Part shown: positions 43,950 through 57,653 of the stretch, one piece after another | Numbering within the stretch: position 1 is the first letter of the stretch | Layout: each line of letters starts with the position of its first letter | Source of the DNA: Paraspadella gotoi | Taxonomy: Eukaryota; Animalia; Chaetognatha | DNA: 64,000 nt | Direction of reading: 5' to 3' | Assembly: GCA_051294375.1 (NCBI GenBank) | Contig: CM119266.1 | Coordinates: 13,332,735 to 13,396,734 of the forward strand | Translations under genes and position numbers: made by a program | The notes under the pieces: model-generated | What the model was told of the DNA's origin: nothing | The model's database searches: none | The model's input: the letters and a program-made list of their open reading frames with translations, nothing else

Positions 43950-44796
43950 AAATTGTGCTATCGATTTAGCGAAAGTATCTACGATTCATAAAGTTATTTT
44001 TTACAATTTAAAATCATCGCTGAGTCACCGACAGGAAAAGCGAAAAGGTCATGACAAAATAAAACCACGCCCTCTTGTTAATTCTGAGAAGCGTGTGTTG
44101 ACGTTCGTCGGAAGGCAGAAGAAATCGTCGAGTCTCGTATCGATTTGTCGCTGCCAGAAAAACTCGCCCCGAGGGTAAAACCAATTCTGGAAAACGTCCG
44201 CTCTTCTCTGATTCCTTCCTTTCCTTCCTTCTTTCCTTCCTTCCTTTCCTTCCCTTCCTCCTTCCTTCCTTCCTTCCTTCCTTCTTCCTTCCTTCCTCCT
44301 TCCTTCCTTCCTTGTCCTTCCCTTCTGACCCTTCTTGCCAGGGTTTTTACTCTTCTTATTCTCTTTTTCTTGCCCCTCGGGCCTCTGCCATTGTTTAAAT
44401 TGTCCGGTCCTTAGTCCTATTTCTCGTTCTTTCCATTCCACCAACCGTTTTTCGTTACCTCACTGCATCCCACGAAGCCAAAGCTCAAATGCTTTTTTCC
44501 TTCCCTCCCCCCGCCTTCTTTCCATGACCCTGCTGTTCCCTCCTCTTTTCCCATCCCTGGACCTCGCTCTCTGCTATTTCTTCCCCGACCCCCCTTCTCG
44601 CTCCCCCTTCGCCCTCCCCCCAAAAAAGGAAATCTTTCCCAGAAGTCCTACAATTTGTCGCAATTTTCGCCGTCGCAGCCGAAGAAAAAGAAAAAAAGAC
44701 CTCGTTCGTCAACCATGATCTTTTCTCCTTCCGTTTCTCTCCCTCACTCTCTCTCCACTTAATAATCGTTATTAAAAAGCATAGCTTTCCATTTTT

Positions 44797-44877
<81 letters not shown>

Positions 44878-44893
44878 CTCTTTCATTTTCTTT

Positions 44894-44937
<44 letters not shown>

Positions 44938-45253
44938 CTCTTCTCTCTCTCTCTTCCTCTCATATCTCAATTGCCGGACACGCCTCGGCTCTCGCGAAAC
45001 TCTCCGGCACTCGGGCGCACTCCCGGCAACGGCGAGGGAGAACACTTCCGGGGTCAAACGCTCTCTCCGGCTTCCGGGCCGTGCTTTTTCGGACCGGAAG
45101 TGGGTTAGCGCGTCGCGGCCGCGACGTTCGACGGGATCAGCGGCGCGCGCAGGACGTGACGGAATGCGTCGGTGGCAAAGGGATCCGGGATCCGCGCAGC
45201 GCCTGATGTTAGGAGTTTTCGATCCTCCCGTGGATGATGATGATGATGATGAT

Positions 45254-45289
<36 letters not shown>

Positions 45290-45690
45290 GTGATGATGAT
45301 ATGATGGTGATGATGATAGATGATGATGATTGATGATGATAGAGTTTAATTAGAAGACATATATATAACGTTGACGGATAGCCCTTTTTTTCCAGGAAAG
45401 CTTAATTAGAAGGAAGGAAGGAAGGAATCAGAGAAGAGCGGACGTTTTCCAGAATTGGTTTTACCCTCGGGGCGAGTTTTTCTGGCAGCGACAAATCGAT
45501 ACGAGACTCGACGATTTCTTCTGCCTTCCGACGAACGTCAACCACGCTTCTCAGAATTAACAGAGGGCGTGGTTTTATTTGTCATGACCTTTTCGCTTTT
45601 CCTGTCGGTGACTCAGCGATGATTTTAAATTGTAAAAAAATAACTTATGAATCGTAGATACTTTCGCTAAATCGATAGCACAATTTTCCA
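43950..45690. repeat. second copy of the 1.15 kb spacer (44215-45405) flanked by a ~270-nt inverted repeat (43950-44225 / 45410-45690)
   Basis: 44315-45405 aligns directly to 41100-42175; CCGCTCTTCTCTGATTCC at 44198 mirrors GGAATCAGAGAAGAGCGG at 45424. Confidence 0.95.
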
Positions 45691-45899
45691 GAGTCACAAT
45701 TCACAACCCCTCTACGCTCAGACAGTCGGAATCCTAATCGCATTTGTCCAATGTGACCGAAAGTAAATAAGGTATAGTCGAAATCAGATCGACTCGGTCC
45801 TGATAAGAAAGGGAAATAAAAAGGACAGATTTTAAGAAAAGAATTCAGCTCTCACTTCCTCGCCCCCTGCTGAAGTTATATTCCGACGTGTCTTGCTCC

Positions 45900-46040
45900 A
45901 AAAAAAGATCCGGTATGCGGAATGACTCCGTCCTCGAAAAAAGCTACAGTATGCAGATTGACACCCTCCTTTAAAAAAAGCTCCAGTACGAAGATTGATT
46001 CCGACCTCGAAAAAAGCTCCAGTATGCAGATTGACTTCGG
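45900..46040. repeat. ~37-nt tandem minisatellite (AAAAAAGCTCCAGTATGCAGATTGAC...)
   Basis: Four imperfect units visible. Confidence 0.8.
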
Positions 46041-47649
46041 CCCGATCCCTCCGAACAAATACAGTCAGACTCTCGAGGAGAAAAAAAAATTTAGTTTTAG
46101 GTCTGGGGACACAAAATAAAAATCCTTGGGAGAGAGAGATAGAGCTAGAGAGAGAGAGACGCGACAACGGGGCGGCAGCTGAAGAAAAAAAATAAACTAC
46201 CGAAAAGGACTTTTTCTGAATGAAAAAATATAAAAAACCTAGACGAAGAATTTTATTTTTCGAGTCCTCCGCCAAAAAAAAAAAAACTCTTAGCGATAAA
46301 AAAATAAAAACACGTTTACGAATTCGCTGTATTTCGCAAATATCGCGTTGGAAATTTTTAAAATTTCATTTCCTGAGATCGATAAAAAATAAGAAGAATC
46401 GAACCTTGGCTTTGTTCGTTTCCAGAACAGAGAAACTTTTTTTTTCCCTATAGCTCTCAATCTACGTCGTCGTTATACTTTGTTAATAATTTATTAACTG
46501 AAAAAAAAAGACTCCCAGGATTTCTCTTCACGGGCGCAACAAGTTCTTTGTGTATTTAGGTCAAACCAGAAGTTTTACCACAATCTCGCACGCAATTCTG
46601 GCGTAATCGGACACGCTGTGATTTAAGGGGAGAGAGAGAGAAGACATTCGAAAAAAAGGGAAGCGAGAGACAGAAATTCGGACGACTCTGTGTGGGGAGT
46701 GTGGAGAGGCTTTAAGCCGACTACGTGGAGGCTTCTTCAATCGTTTTATTATTATGCGAATTTGTTTTTTATTATTCTTTTTTTTTTTCAGTTTCGTAGA
46801 ATCTCTCTCTCCGTCTCTCTCTCTCTCTCTTTTCCTCAGCGAATCCGATTTTAAAAATAATCCAACGACCAAGACAGGAGAGACGCACCGAGGCAAAACA
46901 AAATTGGATTCGAAACAAATAAACAGATGAATTAACGTCAACGACAAATGAGTCATCAATAATTAAAATAAATCGGAACGCGAAGTACCTGCTTCTTCTC
47001 TCCGTCTCTCTCTCACGATCCGTTCTGATAATGAAAGAACAATGAGGAAAAAAGACCGAGGACAAAATTTCCCGGACAATGGAATTTCATTTCGTCAATT
47101 GATGATTTCGACGAATCGGAACGGGGACGACGAAAAAACATCGTTGGAACCCGTCTCTCGTGACGAACGATACGGAACAAAATAGCGCACGAAAAACGGC
47201 TAATAACCAGCAGAGAGATCATTCAAAGATGGAATTAATTCGATAAATTTAAATATAAATCTTGCACGTTCGATGTTCTTCTCTCCGCCGAGCGATTCCA
47301 TCGAAGGCGGAAAGGAAACGAGGAACTTTTTCGATCCAACCTGGAAGAGGATAACAGAAAAGAAAAAAAAAGATCAACTCTGAAACTCGTGGTCATGGAA
47401 AAAGTATCGAATCTCGTCGATTATCAGTCGTCGTCGTCATCGACCACGTTGTCGAAAGTTACGAACCCGGGACCGAGGGCGGATTGCAAGGGCGACAAAG
47501 GTAAGCGAAATTGACCCTCCTCCCATTTGGATCAACAACGATTGCTTTTTTTTTTTTGTAAACTTTTACGTGGTTTTGGATGTGTCATCGATCACTAAAT
47601 TGGCGACGCCTATAACTTCGATTTTGTCGCGAAAACAAAAGGCGTCGCT

Positions 47650-47696
<47 letters not shown>

Positions 47697-48069
47697 TTAT
47701 CGTTTTAGTTTTTATCGCGAAAAGGACCGATTTCATTACTGGAGATACTGAGTAATATTCATTGTTAAACTCTTTTCCTTTGACTCTTTAATCAGATTCG
47801 ATTTTTTTAGTCTTCGTCTCTTTTTTTTTTCTCCGACTTGATTTTGTCGGATTTTTCTCTCCGTGTCTCTCTCTCTCTCGTATCTAGTCACGAGGGGTTT
47901 TTTTTTCGCGTAACTGGGTCCTAATTGAATTTAATTCCACCATGCTGATATCTCCGCGACCGCCGCCACTGCGGTCTGTTGCCGGCCTGCCCGCCCGCTC
48001 CACGGTTTATTTCGGACTCTTGTCATAATTTTTGGGATACCAGTCTCTTTGCGTCGAACGCTTTTTTTT

Positions 48070-48140
<71 letters not shown>

Positions 48141-48737
48141 CCAGGGAACCCGTCCACAAGTGTCCTGAGGAGGGGGTCTTGCTGTGTGTGTCTCTCTCTT
48201 TCTCTCGTGCAAGGTCCTCAAGGCTGTGTAAGGGTCTAAGGGCCATTTAGCAAGTCTGACTGCAAAGCGGAAAAAAAAATTATGATTTCGTAATATATAT
48301 CATTACTTTATCAAAAACTGAGAACGATCACGCGTCGATTGTTATCTACAAAAAAAAAACACCGATCTTTAATCCTCTTTTTTTTTTCTATCATAATCAG
48401 GAAAACCGCGTGGGATCTGCACCAGGTGGAACGGAACGCTGAAGACTTGAAAAGAAAAAAAGAATTTCAGTCGGATCGAACGAAATAAACAAATGAACAA
48501 CGGGAATTACTTTTAAAAAAATCGATGCGAACTAAACAATAACAAACTAAGTAAAAAGTAAACGCGCGAAATACTAAACAAAGAAGACCAATCCTCGCAT
48601 ACAAAAGGATCAGATAAAGACAGGTTTTATTCAAAGACAAACAATTTATAAACCAATTCAAATATGTATCACGGCACTTAAGATTAGAGGTTAAAAACTG
48701 AAAAAAAAGGGGAAATTGTGAACGAAAAAGATCGAAG

Positions 48738-51700
48738 ATGAAGATCACAACGATGACGTCACCGCCCTACGTCGTCGTCGTCTTTGTCACTACTTCCGGC
48801 CTCAACGACGACCTCTTGGGTTCGGACGAGACGGAGATCGTCCACTTTGCTTACCTCTTGTTGGACGTGACTAATCGAAAGGTGAGGAAATTGCTTGCTT
48901 TGTGTAAAAAAAAAGTTTTATTACAAGATTATACTTTGCACGTAACTGTCGGTGGGAGTAGCCCAAGAAATATTTCTATAGAATTAACAAAAATCTGTGG
49001 AATTGATCTCCATTTTGTCCTGAACTGCTGATCTGAATTGGCATGTTTTAATGAGATCCGTTTCTTGTTTTGACCTTGACTCCGGGGTGCGAAAGGGTTA
49101 AAAATATCTCGAGAGCAATTATTCAAACGTCCGCTGGCCCGGCCTACGGAAAAGCGAGCATCGGTTACAGTACTAAAAATAATAAATTACTTCATTTTTC
49201 AATTCGTCAGTTAAATGAGTAGGAAGATTTATTATGTAACCCGAATTGTTTGTTGCAAAAAGGCCGTTGAGATTAATTTTTCTCCCGGTAAACAAACTAA
49301 TTGCTTTTGGGGGGAATAGTAGGAATTCGCCGCAATATTATTTCCTATGCAAATAACTAATGTCTTCTTTCGCCCGCCAGGTGTGCTGCATCCAATCTCA
49401 TCACGTGCGTCCGACCCTCGCGCTTGAATCTGACTCCGAGGCCGAGTCTCTCCTCTCCCCGGACTGCGTTGAGTCGACGGGCCTTTGCGAGGAGCGCGTT
49501 CGGAGCGGGTCGCCCTTGGAGGTGGTGCTCGAGTCGTTCGACAGATTCCTCATTGCCAAAGGTGAGGGAGGGTGGGCCGTTTAGAGTGAATGAGGCGAAG
49601 AGGATCACCTTATCGAACTTAGTATGTCCAGGAGCCAAGGCGCATATTAAGTCAATATAAAGTAAACTACTGAGTCGACTTACCATTGCCCTTACCTATT
49701 ATAACTCTCTCTCAGAACAAAGTCGCGAGATAAATTGGGGTATAAGATGCCGGATTAGTTCGTTTAGAACTTTTAAATGCGTTATCGATCATGTCTCGGA
49801 CATGACTGAAATAATTTATTTCATGGGATTCCCCCTCCCCGTATTTGAAGGGAAATCGGAATTGCAGTATTGCTGAACAACGACAATTAATTCTTTATCG
49901 AGCTCGAAAAGCCTTTTTAAATCAGACGCGACGTCGCCGACCGAACGCGTCGCAAACGCGTTTATCTCGATTCCGCTGACTTTCGGTTCCATCCGGGTCT
50001 TTTCTCTCGAAATCCAAACCTTCAAAGCGGAGAAACGGAATCCAAAGCTCGAATCGACGGCTCGTGGAACCGCGGGATTTTTATTTCGCTTTATACTTTT
50101 TTTCACTCTTTGCTCCTTTTAACGTTATTCCTCCATTTCTCCATTTCTTACCTTTACATTTTTTGGGGGCCCTTATCCGTTCCTTTCCTTTTTATTCCTA
50201 TTTTATGAGCCTTGTCATTCTCCCCCCCTCCCATTTTTATGCCGACTTCAACATCATTCTTCAGAAAGAATTTTCTCGCTCAGCGACAACTGACCGTTAG
50301 CCACTTTTTTTTCTTTTCTCTCTCGTTCCTCGACCTTTCCTCTTTTTTTTCTTTTCCCCCCCTCTACCTCTTTTTCCGCCTCCACTCTCAACGCCCCGCT
50401 TTTGTCCGGGAGTCTCGGCGCCGGAAACAAATCCTTGAATTTGGGGCCTTTTTTGACTTCCGCCTTTTTTTTTCTTTTTTTTTCTTTCTTTCCGTTCGCT
50501 TGTTGCCTGTAAATCGAATTTTACCCTCAAATAAAATAGAGGAGGAAAGAAAGAAGCTGAGCCGAGCGAGGATGGAAGGAGGCAAGGACACCTGAGGAGT
50601 AGAGAGGAGATAGAGAGGAAAAAGAGGGTAGAATAGAGAAGGAGAAGAGACAAAGAGAATTGGGCGGGAGAATAAGTAACGAGGCGGATCAAGCCGGGAT
50701 TAAAATGGAAACAGTGACAACTCTTTGTTTGCCGTGATCGAATTCTAGCCAATGAAATGAGACGAAAAATTCATGAATGGAAAGGGAAGAAGAAGGATAA
50801 ATTTTTTTGGAAGAAACGAGTAGCTAAGTAACAATTTTTTAGGATATAGTAAATATTTACCAGAAAAAAAAAACAGAGGAATTTAATCAAAGAAAAAACA
50901 ATTGATTTAGATTCGTAGAATCAGGGAGCCGGTTTGTATGTTTGAGCGATAAATGCGGAATTGGAATTTTTTGACGACATTGGCTCCCGAGGTTACTTTG
51001 CAATACGAGCCTTTCTCGTAAAAGCTTCAATCAAACCTAGATTATTATTAATGGAATTAGAGCTTTTGTTTTACGTGTATAATGGAATAAGGGGAGTAAG
51101 AAACTTTAGACGAGTCGGGCTCTGAGTCTCATTTAAACAATCGTTTACTCCCCCTCCCCCCGCACCTTTCTCGAAAAAGGTCTACATCCGGATTTCGGAG
51201 GAAAACCTTTCGTCATCTGCACAGATGGACCTCTGCATCTTCGGCAAACGTTGTTTGCAGGTTCGTTGTAAAATGGATTGTAAAATTTTAAATAATGAAA
51301 TGAAGATAGAAATTCGATGAAGATTTACGTACGTTTGTTTTTTCAATCCTAAAGGAATTCTTATGTCAATAAAAAAAAAACTCCAGAAAATATTATCGCT
51401 TTCGTTTAGAAATATTAGCCAATGCTATGGAACAGTTTAGTGATGAGTTTTATTTTTATAAATGAGATATATTTTTTTACTTTATATAAACAATCATATA
51501 AAACACTCATTCCCTGCCAGTAAAGCTCTACTTTGGAACGAGGATGTGAAAAATAGCACCCGCGTGAAGTATTTGTAGCATTTCGTAAACTTTCGAGTGC
51601 AATAAAGTAAAGTATAAAGTATTTATCGTGCGTGTAAAAACTATATTCTACTAGATACAATTTCTCAAGTATTAAACTGACAAAGAAAGTAGATTTGATC

Positions 51701-54700
51701 TCCACAATTTCTGTCGTTGAGCTGATTTCCATAAACATTCGCACAGTCTTCGATTCCTCCCGAATCGTTTGGTTCTCCCAGACGCCAGTGAAAATCGAGC
51801 CTGGCCCGACTGACATCCGGCTCCGTCATCCAGATCCATTCTAAAATAAAGTTAACATTGTAATTGTCTAATATTAATTCTGCAGAGTTTGAACATCATC
51901 ATCATTTTCTTCACTTAGACATTAGACAATACACCAATACTTCATTGAAACTCACGGGCTTTAAAATTTTAAAATTTAAAATTTCGGGGTTCTTTTTCCG
52001 TTACTTTTGCTACTATGGTGGACTAAAATCCACCAACCGTTCGTCAGCGGCCATTGGTGCCGGAGGCAAGTCATTCGCCTCCCAACCCAAAGGTCTGGGG
52101 TTCTTGCCCGGTGGTCGCCTAGCAGTTAAGAGGGACGGGGCGCTTAACCCGCCAGTAACATGGTGTTACAGCCTGATCCGAAGCTCAAGGACTGCTAACG
52201 GTTCTGTCACTAACACATAACAATAATTACTGTCTCTTCACTACTTTTGTTCGCATATTAAGGAATGAGCTACTGGGCGGAACAACCTTTACGGTTACAC
52301 CACGGCAATCTTCAAAAAGTTCGGGTCGGGCAGCTTTGCCCATGACATGAATCCAAGACTCTCAAATCGGACCATATACATTATAATTATGAAAGATTTT
52401 CACCCTTCCCCTACTTTTCGTCTCGCATTCAACTCGTCCTCTTCTCTCGATCTTCCTCCCCCACCCCCACCCCCACCCCCCTACGGCCCCTCGGTCTCAC
52501 CGCCTCTATCGTTCTGTCTGCCCCCGACCCAAAACGTGTATTCCTCCGTCGATCCGAACGCCTCGTATTTCGCGTTGGCCAAGAATCCGCCCTCGTTTCT
52601 GCAGGTGATCATCGCCTCGTCCCATGACATTGGGTCTCTTCGAAGTTCAAATCTCCGAGGTCCGGATGTAATTGGTTCGATGGGCGTCGAGGACCGCGAC
52701 GTCGGACTTTCTCCGGACGCCGGGTCGGTGGCGTCGTAGAGAATCCCGTAGTCCGTTCCGGCGTGGGCTTGTTGAAAATAAAAGGGACGTGAGGCGAAGG
52801 CGATTGGGAGGAAGAGAGAAAGAAACGCTACCATGCGGCGGTAGAATTTCTTAGTCGGCATCTGGAAGGAAGGCGTGCCTGTTCGCGAGGGCGAGATTAT
52901 AAAATTATTTTCGGTTGATGGAATTTAAAACTGACGATACATAGTATGTATAGTATGTATAGTATTACATACGAAGTAAATGAAGTATATTGTCCTCGTT
53001 GATATTGAAAAATCAATATTTTCCTGGTTGTATTATCGTTTTATAAAAAGAGAGATAAGGATGCGGCCATACCTACTTTTTACAATTTTCTTTCTTTATA
53101 TTTACGCTATAAAATCAACGAAATTGAAGGTAGAAAAACGTTTCGACAAACGAGTCGCTGCGAACGAAGACTGATAAAAAAAATTTGAGATGAAACAAAC
53201 AAATCGATAAGAAATTTTCAACTCGGATTAAATTGCTTAGTATTTCCTTGAAACTTGAACCAAACAATGAATAACGTTAAAATTATAAAGCAGAAGTGAT
53301 TTTAAAACACAAGTTTTTATTTACTTTACCTTATTGCAATTTGTATTGTTACTTTATATTATAACTTATATTTTGAAATTGTTACAATCAAAACGGGCAT
53401 TTTGTAGTATATTTGTATATTATATTTTGGCGGCCAGTACTTCTCTTTTAGGATTTCACCGTTTGTCTTTTGTTTTATTTTCAGAAACGACGCGGAAAAA
53501 CCTTCGCGTTCCTCCCTACTTCGAAGACTACATTGATTTGCGGAAAGAATTTGCGCTATGTTACCGGACGGAGGAGTCGCTTTCGACAAAGGAGATGCTA
53601 CAATGTAAATCACGGTTGACAACCAAATTAAAAAAACTTATCGTTTTTTATTTCATTTAGCTAGCGTGAAAGTTTTTACTTTTTTAGTGAGCTGTCAATG
53701 CCACTCCTTTTATTAGAAGCTATTCTCAGATGTGATTAATTTTATAAAAAATTCTTTCGATTCATTTTTCTTTCATAAACTTTTCTTTTTAATATTCCAT
53801 TTCCATAGCTAATTAAAGATTCATTTCTCAAACTAATTCAATAATTTAACTAATCTACCTACTTCATATAACTTAAGACAAGTAAAGAAAAAAAATCAAA
53901 ATATACGTCTTTTTTTCCTCATTCTTTTTTTTATCTATCGTACTTGGGAAAGAATGTTTATTCTCAGTTATTGGATGATCATTCCATTTCTGTGTTCGTT
54001 CTCAATGACAGTTCCTCAAATTCGATAAGCTTAAACGTAATGGCAATTTGTCCGTACTCCGCTGACCTTTAGAAGCAATCAGCCCGCGACATATCGGATA
54101 AAAACTGACTTTTTTTTACTGTTTTTCGTTTTGTACTTATTTCCCCCGAATCCAAAAGGAACCAAATTAGAAAAAATTGCAAGCCTCCGCCCTTTACGAA
54201 CACGGGATTTGACAGATTCTCGAAAGAACCGATATAATGGGCAAATAAAAGTGAGTTCCATTGTCAACTCGAACTCGGTTCTTTCCCGATCAAACAGAAT
54301 GGGGCACCGGGGCAAACACGAATCTTTTTTTTTTTTTTAATTTCTCACAGAAAGACCAAATGAAGAAGAAGAAGAAGAAAGTGGTTAAAGAAAAAAAAAA
54401 GTAAAGAGTTTTTAAAAGACGTGAAAGCCAAATTTTGAAAAAAAGAAAAAAAAGGGAAAAGATAAGGCACCTCTCTCTCTCTCTCACATTAGTAGTAGTG
54501 GTGCAAAGGTGGGGCCTATCTCGCCGACTCTTCCCCTTCGGCCCTCGATGTAAAAGAGCAAACACTCTCTTCCCTCGTCTTAACAGTGTGAGAGAGTGAG
54601 TTAGTTGTATGTAATATATTGCTGGGGGTTAAAAAAAAAAAAAAGCAGTGAAAAGACAGAAAATATATTTTGGATCTTATAACGCGTCGTTCTCGTCCCA

Positions 54701-57581
54701 CGTTGCCGTGATTTGTCTGATCTAAAAAATAAAAAAAATAAAATAAAATCCGTGATTCCTCTTCTTCCTCGGTGAATGTCGCGACGACGGTTCCAAGGTG
54801 TAAGTTTTGCGAGTTTTCTGTTTGGCTCATGTCTAAGTGGCTCTTGTTTAGTTAAGCGCGAAGCCTGCGTGACGTGGTCCTCCTCCCCGGGCCCCGGGGT
54901 TGGGCTTGGCCTCGGCAGCTTTCGTCGTCGAAACGCACAGATTATTTCTTGTCGAAAAAAAAAAATAAATAAATCTGGCTTTTTTTTTTTGGTATTTTTG
55001 TTTTTCTCCAATGTTCGTGACAGGTGATTTTTTTTTTTTGTGACTGGAATATTCCGAAAAGTTTTCGCCGAAAATGGAATGATCATTTGAGTGCTACTTT
55101 TTAATTCGATTATCGTTTTTAAGCGAAAAAAAATGAAAATCCAATTAGGCTTTAATTATTCCCGCCATTTTTTTTTGTCCCGGAATTTTTCATTTTGTAT
55201 TTTTTTTTTAGTTGTAGGACGCAAATATTAATTAGTATACTAATCGTAGAGTCCGGTTTTCTTATGACACGAAGTACATTTAGTGACTAAGTGACCCGTG
55301 ATGAAAAAAAAAAAATCTCTCGTTGGGCGATTTTTTTTTTACAATGTACCTTTTGAACACTCGCTTTACTGTGTAACTGTGAATAGAAAAAAAAAAAGGA
55401 AAAGTCTGGAATCTTTTTTCTCCCTTTCGATTTGACTTTCAGTTTTAAATCTTGAATCGGACGTGAGTTTGGATCACGGAGTGAGAGAGTCACAGAATCA
55501 CGCCAACATTCTCCTTCGCCTTCTCGACGACGGTGAGCTTGGGACGGTGGGGAAATTTTGGTGAGCGACCATTTTTTGTGAGAGAGAGAATGAGCGAATC
55601 TTTATCACAGAAAGTTAAAAAATTAAGATCGTCTTTCTTCAACTGAGGCGAACTGTTTCGCTTTCTTTTTCTTTCTTAACTTATATAAAGAAAAAAACAT
55701 ATCCGGGGCGAATTTTAAATTCTCCACTACTTTTCTAACAGAGTTTATTTACACAAGTTCGGAAAAAAGCCCAGCGCTTTGTGTGTGTGAAAAAAAAAAT
55801 GCAAATTTCTTACGGAGAGAGATAAATTGGGTTAAACGTTGAGGCAGGAATTAATTCCCCATTCACGTTGTTTGTTTTGAAAACCAGGTCACGTTATCGG
55901 CGAGCATGAATTCATTCAAAATCGTTTGGAATCTGGCATGTGGTAATTATTTTTCATAATTTTTGTTTTCGATCCTTTAAAACCTCATTACGCTCATCTC
56001 GTTGATCGTAATTGATCCATTTAAAAATGATTTCTGTTTTTAAATTAGTCTAATATAATTAAATATATATATTTTGCAGCCACGACGAATCCGTGGACGA
56101 CAATTGCATAGTCAGAGCACGCGGATTGCCCTGGCAGTGTACCGACCAGGATATCGCCAACTTTTTCAGCGGACTAAACGTCGCCAGGTGAGATGCTCTT
56201 TTATTTTATTTTCAAAAACCGCAAAACTTTTTTATTCTCACGAGATACAAACCATAAAAAGAAAAAAAAAACGGTCGAAGCGACAGCGAGACTAATAAAA
56301 TAATAAAAAAAGAGCATTTTTCCCCCTTTTCCCCCTAACTAGTGTTAATTCACTCTGGAGCGAGGGTGATTAATTTGCCAATTAGCCTCCATTTATTTTT
56401 GAAGAAGGAGAGAGAGAGAGAGAGCGCCAGCGAGGGTCAATGAAATGTCGCCATTCCTAATGATAGGGGCGGAGTGGTCCTGTGCCTGAGTCCGCAAGGG
56501 AGGAGGAACGGAGAGGCGCTGGTCAAATTCGAGAACGAGGAGCAACGGGATCTGGCGGTCAAGCGGCACAAGCATCACATGGGACAGAGATACATCGAGG
56601 TCTACAAAGCCTCGGCTAAGGAGTTTGTCGACATCACCGGCGCAGGTGAGGGGTCGGATTTTAATGGTTTAAAATATTTTGAAGGTAGATAATTGAAAAA
56701 AGTTTTGGTCTTTAGAAGCTTCGCTTTTTTCTACAACCTGATCGTGGAAATAACATTTAATTATCCGGAATTCCTAATTTCCTACATTATCTTTCGATTC
56801 GTCGCGAAACTAATTACACTCAGCTTACAATATTTATATATTACGATATATGAGATTTCTATTTTTAATTTCATTTAGATTCTAATTTTTCCTACAAAAA
56901 TACAATAACTTTATTAAATAAGTACAATTACAACCATTGCAAAAGTTCTTATATTTATTAAATTGGTACAACAATATAAAAATTATCCATTCATTTAATA
57001 AATAAGCTATCAAACTTACAAGATAATAACATAGGAGGTCCCTGCAAACTTTCAATCAAGACTCTCTCCCAGTCTTGTTTATTCGCTCCCAGTGTACCTC
57101 AGTGTATATCAGACTTTATTTAAAATAAAACTTCTTCCCATATAACCGAGAATAAACGTCTCTAACAATTAGATTTTATCGATATCTTTGTTTCCAACTT
57201 AACGGTTCTTTTTAGTTTCTTTTCCAAGCAATTATTAAATGAGCCTCACCCTTATTTAATTTAATTGATTCAGCGTTTACTAGGGGTTATTTATGCTCGT
57301 GACCGCCGGCCCAATTTCTCGGAGTTGTCCTCTTAGCCCCCCCCCCTATGTTGCCCCCTTTCGCATCACCTATTTGCTCTCTCTCTCTCTCTCTTGCCCT
57401 CAGTCGCCCAGTTGAATAACGTATCTCCAGATCGTCTTTTACGTGGTCATCGTCGATTGTTATAATGACATTAGAAGAAGTTCAACTCTCCAAGTCCGTA
57501 ATTCGATTAGGCCGAACTGAGAGAAAGAGAAGTCTAGCTCGATTCTATCGAGGGAAAAAGAACTTTGTCTCAATGAAAAAA

Positions 57582-57653
<72 letters not shown>

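Noticed and set aside
45900-46040. CRISPR-like regularly spaced repeats (also 11620-11900)
   Set aside because: Units are contiguous degenerate tandem repeats without unique spacers; the context is eukaryotic and no cas genes are present.
52230-52360. Possible extra lectin exon (WIHVMG...EDC)
   Set aside because: Exons 52861-52501 and 51840-51665 already join in phase to give a complete CTLD; the splice sites here are poor.
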